Shown here piece after piece: positions 25,941 to 30,089 of a stretch of DNA of 30,089 nucleotides (the stretch's first letter is position 1; every line of letters begins with the position of its first letter). Position numbers and translations under genes: made by a program. Under the pieces are notes generated by a model. The model saw only the letters and a program-made list of their open reading frames with translations. It did no database searches and was not told the origin of the DNA. Location: IMG/VR virus record IMGVR_UViG_3300027996_000008. One strand, given 5' to 3'. This DNA is from a virus.

Positions 25941-26354
25941 TTATCTAGAAGATTTTACAACTAAATCTACCATATGAATAACTAATGTATCTGTTCCAGT
26001 TGCAACATCAGGAATAATTGTAATTTTAACTTTATCATTAGCTTTTCCAACAGGATATATAATTCTATAATTTCCAGCATCAGCAGCAGTAAAAATAGCA
26101 AGTGATATTGTTAACAAACTAGGATCTAAAATTGTTTCTTTGTAAAAATCATCAGCGGTTAAATTTTTGTTTGAATAGCTCATTTGAATGGTAAAATCAG
26201 CAGATGCATTTTTTGTATATTTATAAAAAAATTCAACATATTCAGCTTGAAAAGTTTTCACATCATAAATTATATCCCACTGTGATCCATCAGCGTTTGT
26301 GTCTGTTATTGATTCAAAAGTATCAGTAACTGATTCTGTAACTGTAAAAGTCAT
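25941..26354 (-). CDS. Putative virion protein
   Basis: Thr/Asp-rich, beta-type composition; first gene after a late promoter. Confidence 0.55.
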   Translation of the reverse strand: MTFTVTESVTDTFESITDTNADGSQWDIIYDVKTFQAEYVEFFYKYTKNASADFTIQMSYSNKNLTADDFYKETILDPSLLTISLAIFTAADAGNYRIIYPVGKANDKVKITIIPDVATGTDTLVIHMVDLVVKSSR

Positions 26355-26381
26355 TTTATTCTCCCTTATTAATTAATCTAA

Positions 26382-26405
26382 AATTTATAAATATATTTAT
26401 AAATT
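26382..26405. promoter_or_regulatory. Back-to-back divergent late promoters forming a 24-bp palindrome
   Basis: AATTTATAAATATATTTATAAATT: TATAAATA on + (26386-26393) and on - (26394-26401), between divergent genes. Confidence 0.65.
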
Positions 26406-26412
26406 AATTTTA

Positions 26413-27081
26413 ATGGATTTTATTTTGAAAGAAAAACTAACACTCATCAGCACGTTGATAACGTTTATTGCAACAATCACGACTGCATTCATCAAAGCAG
26501 GAAATTTACAGTATGCAATTGTATTAGGTTTCATCACAATCATTCTGTTTTTGATTTTCATTTTGACAAAAAGCACCAAGAAAAAGAAAAACATGGAAAA
26601 TCACAAAATCTGGTCCGAAATGAAGTACTGGAAAAATCAGAAAATCAAACGACTCAAATTATGTAATCCACTTAGGGAAAAACTTCTGAAAGTTTGTGTG
26701 ACAATCCTTGTTGAAATCGTGGAAATCAAATTAAAGAAATTTATCAGTGAAAAAACAAAAATGACAAGAAACAATATCAAAACACTATTCAATGAAATTA
26801 TAGATGGTTATGAGGGACATTGGAGGAAAAATCTGGTGCCTGAAATATTCATCGAGAAATTTTATGAATTCAATAAAGTCAAAATCAATGAACTAAATCA
26901 TTTTATGGATTTCATCATAGATTCTAAACTATATGATGAAGATGAAAAACTCCTTGCTATGATCGATCATTTCAATGTTGTGATAAATTGGATAATTTTG
27001 GATCTGGAAAAAACTAATGATTCGATTAATGGTGAATTAACCAAACAACTGAAAAGGTTGAGAGAACAAGGGGAATTTTAA
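26413..27081 (+). CDS. Membrane protein with two N-terminal TM helices and a soluble C-terminal domain
   Basis: Two hydrophobic segments then KKKK; behind a late promoter. Confidence 0.65.
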   Translation: MDFILKEKLTLISTLITFIATITTAFIKAGNLQYAIVLGFITIILFLIFILTKSTKKKKNMENHKIWSEMKYWKNQKIKRLKLCNPLREKLLKVCVTILVEIVEIKLKKFISEKTKMTRNNIKTLFNEIIDGYEGHWRKNLVPEIFIEKFYEFNKVKINELNHFMDFIIDSKLYDEDEKLLAMIDHFNVVINWIILDLEKTNDSINGELTKQLKRLREQGEF

Positions 27082-27083
27082 AA

Positions 27084-27311
27084 ATGCATAATGACATACA
27101 AAATTATGGCAAATCAGTACATGATTTTTATTACAGAATTGGGGGAAATCTAACAGACAAATTGTATGTAGATTACAGGTATCTAAGAAACATTTTATCA
27201 GAAAACAATGAAAAGACATTCACGAAAAGAAGAAAATATTGTTGTAGATGTGTTTTAAGATATCTTAAAACTTTTAGGTGGAGAAATTTCACAGAATTTA
27301 ATTTTCATTGA
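27084..27311 (+). CDS. Hypothetical protein
   Basis: ORF directly after the previous stop; CCRC motif. Confidence 0.45.
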   Translation: MHNDIQNYGKSVHDFYYRIGGNLTDKLYVDYRYLRNILSENNEKTFTKRRKYCCRCVLRYLKTFRWRNFTEFNFH

Positions 27312-27703
27312 TCCATTAGTTTTTTGACCTTTTTCATGATCTTCAAAGACTTTTCATCAAACGCATTGAAATCAATTTGACTGCCTCTTGTTTTCCAGAT
27401 TCTATAGTTGTTCTTTAATGTGAAATATTTGTTCCTTTCAATCACAATCACAGTGTTGAAAACGGTATCATCATAAAAACCGATCATGATTTTTTCAGCA
27501 TCTTTCTTGAGAGTCATTTTGTGCTGCTTGTTCTCCAGATTTCTTCTCTTCATCTGAATTCTAGCGACAACAATGTTGAGCATTGTTTCTTTTATTAGAC
27601 TGTTTCTATTCATTTGTATCCTCCTCTCCAAATTCAAAGTCAAATCCTCCATCTCCAATTCATCATATTGACTTATCATGTACTTTACCTTATCATCAAT
27701 CAA
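27305..27703 (-). CDS. Hypothetical protein (may be frameshift-joined to 27700..27849)
   Basis: TTG start with a weak RBS; frame stays open upstream to an A6 run. Confidence 0.55.
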   Translation of the reverse strand: MIDDKVKYMISQYDELEMEDLTLNLERRIQMNRNSLIKETMLNIVVARIQMKRRNLENKQHKMTLKKDAEKIMIGFYDDTVFNTVIVIERNKYFTLKNNYRIWKTRGSQIDFNAFDEKSLKIMKKVKKLMDQ

Positions 27704-27849
27704 GTTCCATAACCTTTTTGATTCATGCTTTTCAATAAACCATTGCTCGCTTTTTTATAATCAAACAATATCTTTTTATTCCACTGTTGATTATTTGTGC
27801 GAAATTCATCAATCAAGCTTTCAATAAACATACTCTTTAAATTGGTCAC
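27700..27849 (-). CDS. 49-aa ORF (not in the ORF track)
   Basis: GTG start with AAGGAG RBS: MTNLKSMFIESLIDEFRTNNQQWNKKILFDYKKASNGLLKSMNQKGYGT. Confidence 0.45.
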   Translation of the reverse strand: MTNLKSMFIESLIDEFRTNNQQWNKKILFDYKKASNGLLKSMNQKGYGT

Positions 27850-27852
27850 GAT

Positions 27853-28155
27853 TTATCTCCTTCCATTATTAATTCTTTTAATTTCACGATATTTTATTTT
27901 AAGGGCATTTTTTAAATCATTAAGTGCACGTTCACCTGTCAAGAATGCTAGTTTATTTGACATTAGACTTTCCAAATATGTCATTAACTGACAATAGTCA
28001 ACATCTTCATCAACATCTTCATCAATATCTTCATATTTATCTAACAAATGATCTTCGACTTTTTCAACCAAATTCAATTTATCAGGGCCTCTATCATTCC
28101 CATTGCTATCGGATATTATTTTATTAATACATTTTAAACAATGACACATCTTCAT
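27853..28155 (-). CDS. Hypothetical protein
   Basis: AGGAG RBS, ATGA overlap, N-terminal CHC..C. Confidence 0.65.
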   Translation of the reverse strand: MKMCHCLKCINKIISDSNGNDRGPDKLNLVEKVEDHLLDKYEDIDEDVDEDVDYCQLMTYLESLMSNKLAFLTGERALNDLKNALKIKYREIKRINNGRR

Positions 28156-29021
28156 AACGTTTCTCCTATTAATAACAGCGATCTTAATAGTATTTCATTT
28201 ATAAGTCGCTGTTCAGCATCAGCAGCAATAGCGGCAGCATCAGCACGAGCAGCAGCATAAGCACGAGCAGCATCAGCAGCAAGAGCGGCAGCATCAGCAC
28301 GAGCAGCATCAGCAGCAGCATCAGCAGCAGCATAAGCAGCATCAGCAGCAGCATAAGCAGCATAAGCAGCATAAGCAACATCAGCACGAGCAGCATCAGC
28401 AGCAAGAGCGGCAGCATCAGCACGAGCAGCATCAGCAGCAGCATCAGCAGCAGCATAAGCAGCATAAGCAGCATAAGCAGCATAAGCACGAGCAGCAAGA
28501 GCAGCAGCATCAGCAGCATAAGCATAAGCAGCATCAGCATCAGCATCAGCATCAGCAGCAGCATAAGCATAAGCATAAGCAGCATAAGCAACATCAGCAC
28601 GAGCAGCATCAGCAGCAAGAGCGGCAGCATCAGCAGCATCAGCAGCAGCATCAGCATCAGTCTTCAATTCTTCTTTGGTGATTTTTCCTTCTTTATAATC
28701 TCTTATTGCTTGAATAGATTCCCTGGGTCTGTTGTCTTCAGGGAATCTCTCCTCAAAAATATAAAGGACATATTCTGCGATATCTGCGAGGATTAAGCAA
28801 TAATCTTCGTATTTCTGAGTTCTCAATGCCCAGAAGGCATTGTCACATCCATTAATATTCAAGATCTCTAAAATTGATACTTCTGTATTAAGCTGTTCAT
28901 CGGACAAACGTATTTTTTTATCTTCATTGATTATTTCTAAATCAAAGACGGAAGTACATAATTTGTTCCATCCATCAACACAGGGGCGATGCCTTAATAT
29001 TTCTTTAAATGTCGTCTTCAT
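28152..29021 (-). CDS. Ala-rich repeat protein with an Imm5-like helical domain
   Basis: AD.AE.VL..FE..FPEDNRPR..I.A..DY..G.I..EEL followed by about 150 aa of A/D/Y/R repeats; AGGAG RBS before the ATG at 29021. Confidence 0.7.
   Translation of the reverse strand: MKTTFKEILRHRPCVDGWNKLCTSVFDLEIINEDKKIRLSDEQLNTEVSILEILNINGCDNAFWALRTQKYEDYCLILADIAEYVLYIFEERFPEDNRPRESIQAIRDYKEGKITKEELKTDADAAADAADAAALAADAARADVAYAAYAYAYAAADADADADAAYAYAADAAALAARAYAAYAAYAAYAAADAAADAARADAAALAADAARADVAYAAYAAYAAADAAYAAADAAADAARADAAALAADAARAYAAARADAAAIAADAEQRLINEILLRSLLLIGETL
28213..28660 (-). repeat. Low-complexity trinucleotide-based tandem repeat (GCT/GAT/TAT/CGT codons)
   Basis: Runs of GCAGCATCA and GCATAA on +; DAAALAADAARA occurs three times. 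Confidence 0.95.
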
Positions 29022-29107
29022 TGTTATTCTCCTATTAACCAATCTATAAAAATTTGCATTATTTAAATTAACAACTGAGATTGATCATTCTCAATCCCTA
29101 TACTTTA

Positions 29108-29136
29108 ATTATACTACTTTCACATACAGAAGTCAA
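29108..29136 (-). promoter_or_regulatory. Sigma70-type promoter
   Basis: TTGACT-17 bp-TATAAT on the minus strand. Confidence 0.75.
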
Positions 29137-29333
29137 ACAAATTCTGAATTATTATGATTTTCCCATTTTTCTTCGGCTTCCTGTGCCCAACTGACACAAG
29201 ATTTGATGAGTTTCCAATTTTGAGGCTTTTCGCCCCAATTAAGAGGATTTCTTCCGCTTATTTTCTCTATGACATTCCCATGAATGTCAGTTACAGAAAC
29301 ACAGCCATAAGGTGGATGTTTCTCAAAGTCCAC
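29133..29333 (-). CDS. Hypothetical protein
   Basis: ORF co-oriented with neighbours; GTG start with a weak RBS. Confidence 0.45.
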   Translation of the reverse strand: MDFEKHPPYGCVSVTDIHGNVIEKISGRNPLNWGEKPQNWKLIKSCVSWAQEAEEKWENHNNSEFV

Positions 29334-29423
29334 TCTTACAATCTTTTAAAGATTTCAACTTCAAATAATAGTGTATATAAGTTAGAATTTAAGTTATATA
29401 GAAAGAAAAAATGTTCTTGAAAG

Positions 29424-29792
29424 TCAATCTATCAAGTCAACATTATTGAGTCTTGAAAACTCAATATCTTCTTCTTTATATCTAAAAAAAGGACTCAATT
29501 GATACTTTCCCATATTCAGATAAACTTCTGTTTTTATATCTAGAATTTTTCCTTTTTGACACCAACGGTCAAAATTGTTGATCAGAATGAATTGTCTCCC
29601 AAATTCACTCATAAATTGAGAAACAACAACAAATTCCTCATTTTCATAGAATCCCAAACAAAGTTTTGAATTAATGACTTTTGGAGTTAATTTAAACTCC
29701 CTTTTTTTCAGATTTTTTGATTTGGCTTTTTTTCTTCCTTTGACGAGTGATAGCATAGCATCATTTAAAACATCTAATGTATTCATGTCATT
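29424..29792 (-). CDS. Hypothetical protein
   Basis: AGGAG RBS; start at 29786 or two codons upstream at 29792. Confidence 0.65.
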   Translation of the reverse strand, partial: NDMNTLDVLNDAMLSLVKGRKKAKSKNLKKREFKLTPKVINSKLCLGFYENEEFVVVSQFMSEFGRQFILINNFDRWCQKGKILDIKTEVYLNMGKYQLSPFFRYKEEDIEFSRLNNVDLID

Positions 29793-29823
29793 CTCCTAAA
29801 ATAAATTAACAACTTACATATAA

Positions 29824-29852
29824 ATTATATCTTATTTTTAAAGAATTGTCAA
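29824..29852 (-). promoter_or_regulatory. Sigma70-type promoter
   Basis: TTGACA-17 bp-TATAAT on the minus strand. Confidence 0.8.
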
Positions 29853-30089
29853 ATGTTTTTTTGAAAGTATTTCAAAATGCAGAATGAATCACATAGATCA
29901 TTAATAGGACTAGTTGATGTGTATTTGCTATAATTTCTTTTTTCCATCTCATTTATAACATTTTTGATAATTTCAAATTCTTCACAACAAAAATTTATAA
30001 TTGCTTCTTTATTTGAGTTTCCCTTTCCAACAATGTTCTTTTTCCATGTAGTTGGAGGAACAGTTTCATATGTATTATTTGTTTTTATT
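29849..30089 (-). CDS. RuvC-like Holliday junction resolvase, C-terminal part (runs off the window)
   Basis: Hand translation ...YETVPPTTWKKNIVGKGNSNKE...SPINDLCDSFCILKY, matching RuvC P...KK..GKG...K and D..D motifs. Confidence 0.7.
   Translation of the reverse strand, partial: IKTNNTYETVPPTTWKKNIVGKGNSNKEAIINFCCEEFEIIKNVINEMEKRNYSKYTSTSPINDLCDSFCILKYFQKNI

Noticed and set aside
28199-28657. 152-aa Met/Leu-rich ORF
   Set aside because: Alternative-frame shadow of the GCT/GAT repeat; no RBS.
1-30089. tRNA or rRNA genes
   Set aside because: No cloverleaf or T-loop (GTTCGA-type) structure was seen by eye in the short intergenic gaps; a tRNAscan run would be needed to be certain.

Overview
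A very AT-rich, gene-dense segment of a large lytic phage, probably a T4-like myovirus of a Gram-negative host. Recognisable genes: HicB-like antitoxin, calcineurin-like metallophosphoesterase, GpV/gp5-like baseplate protein, MoxR-type AAA+ ATPase with its vWA/metallopeptidase partner, NAD-dependent DNA ligase, GroES, GH73 glucosaminidase, a lysis set (putative holin, amidase endolysin, i-spanin and a distant o-spanin-like lipoprotein), a GIY-YIG homing endonuclease, gp3-like tail terminator, gp16-like small terminase, LamG-domain and other virion-type proteins, and a partial RuvC-like resolvase. Islands of small genes behind sigma70-type promoters alternate with late genes preceded by T4-type TATAAATA boxes. 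The standout feature is a family of 18 small hypervariable genes in four clusters (10.7-21.8 kb). All start MKLN(K/R)xxE and most end (Y/F)E(E/D)Y. They are joined by a conserved ~40-bp junction that supplies the stop codon, RBS and next start. The family shows mosaic ends, a captured passenger gene, a broken copy and a direct-repeat scar, which suggests a recombining gene-cassette library. All functional calls come from motif recognition by eye; no database searches were run.
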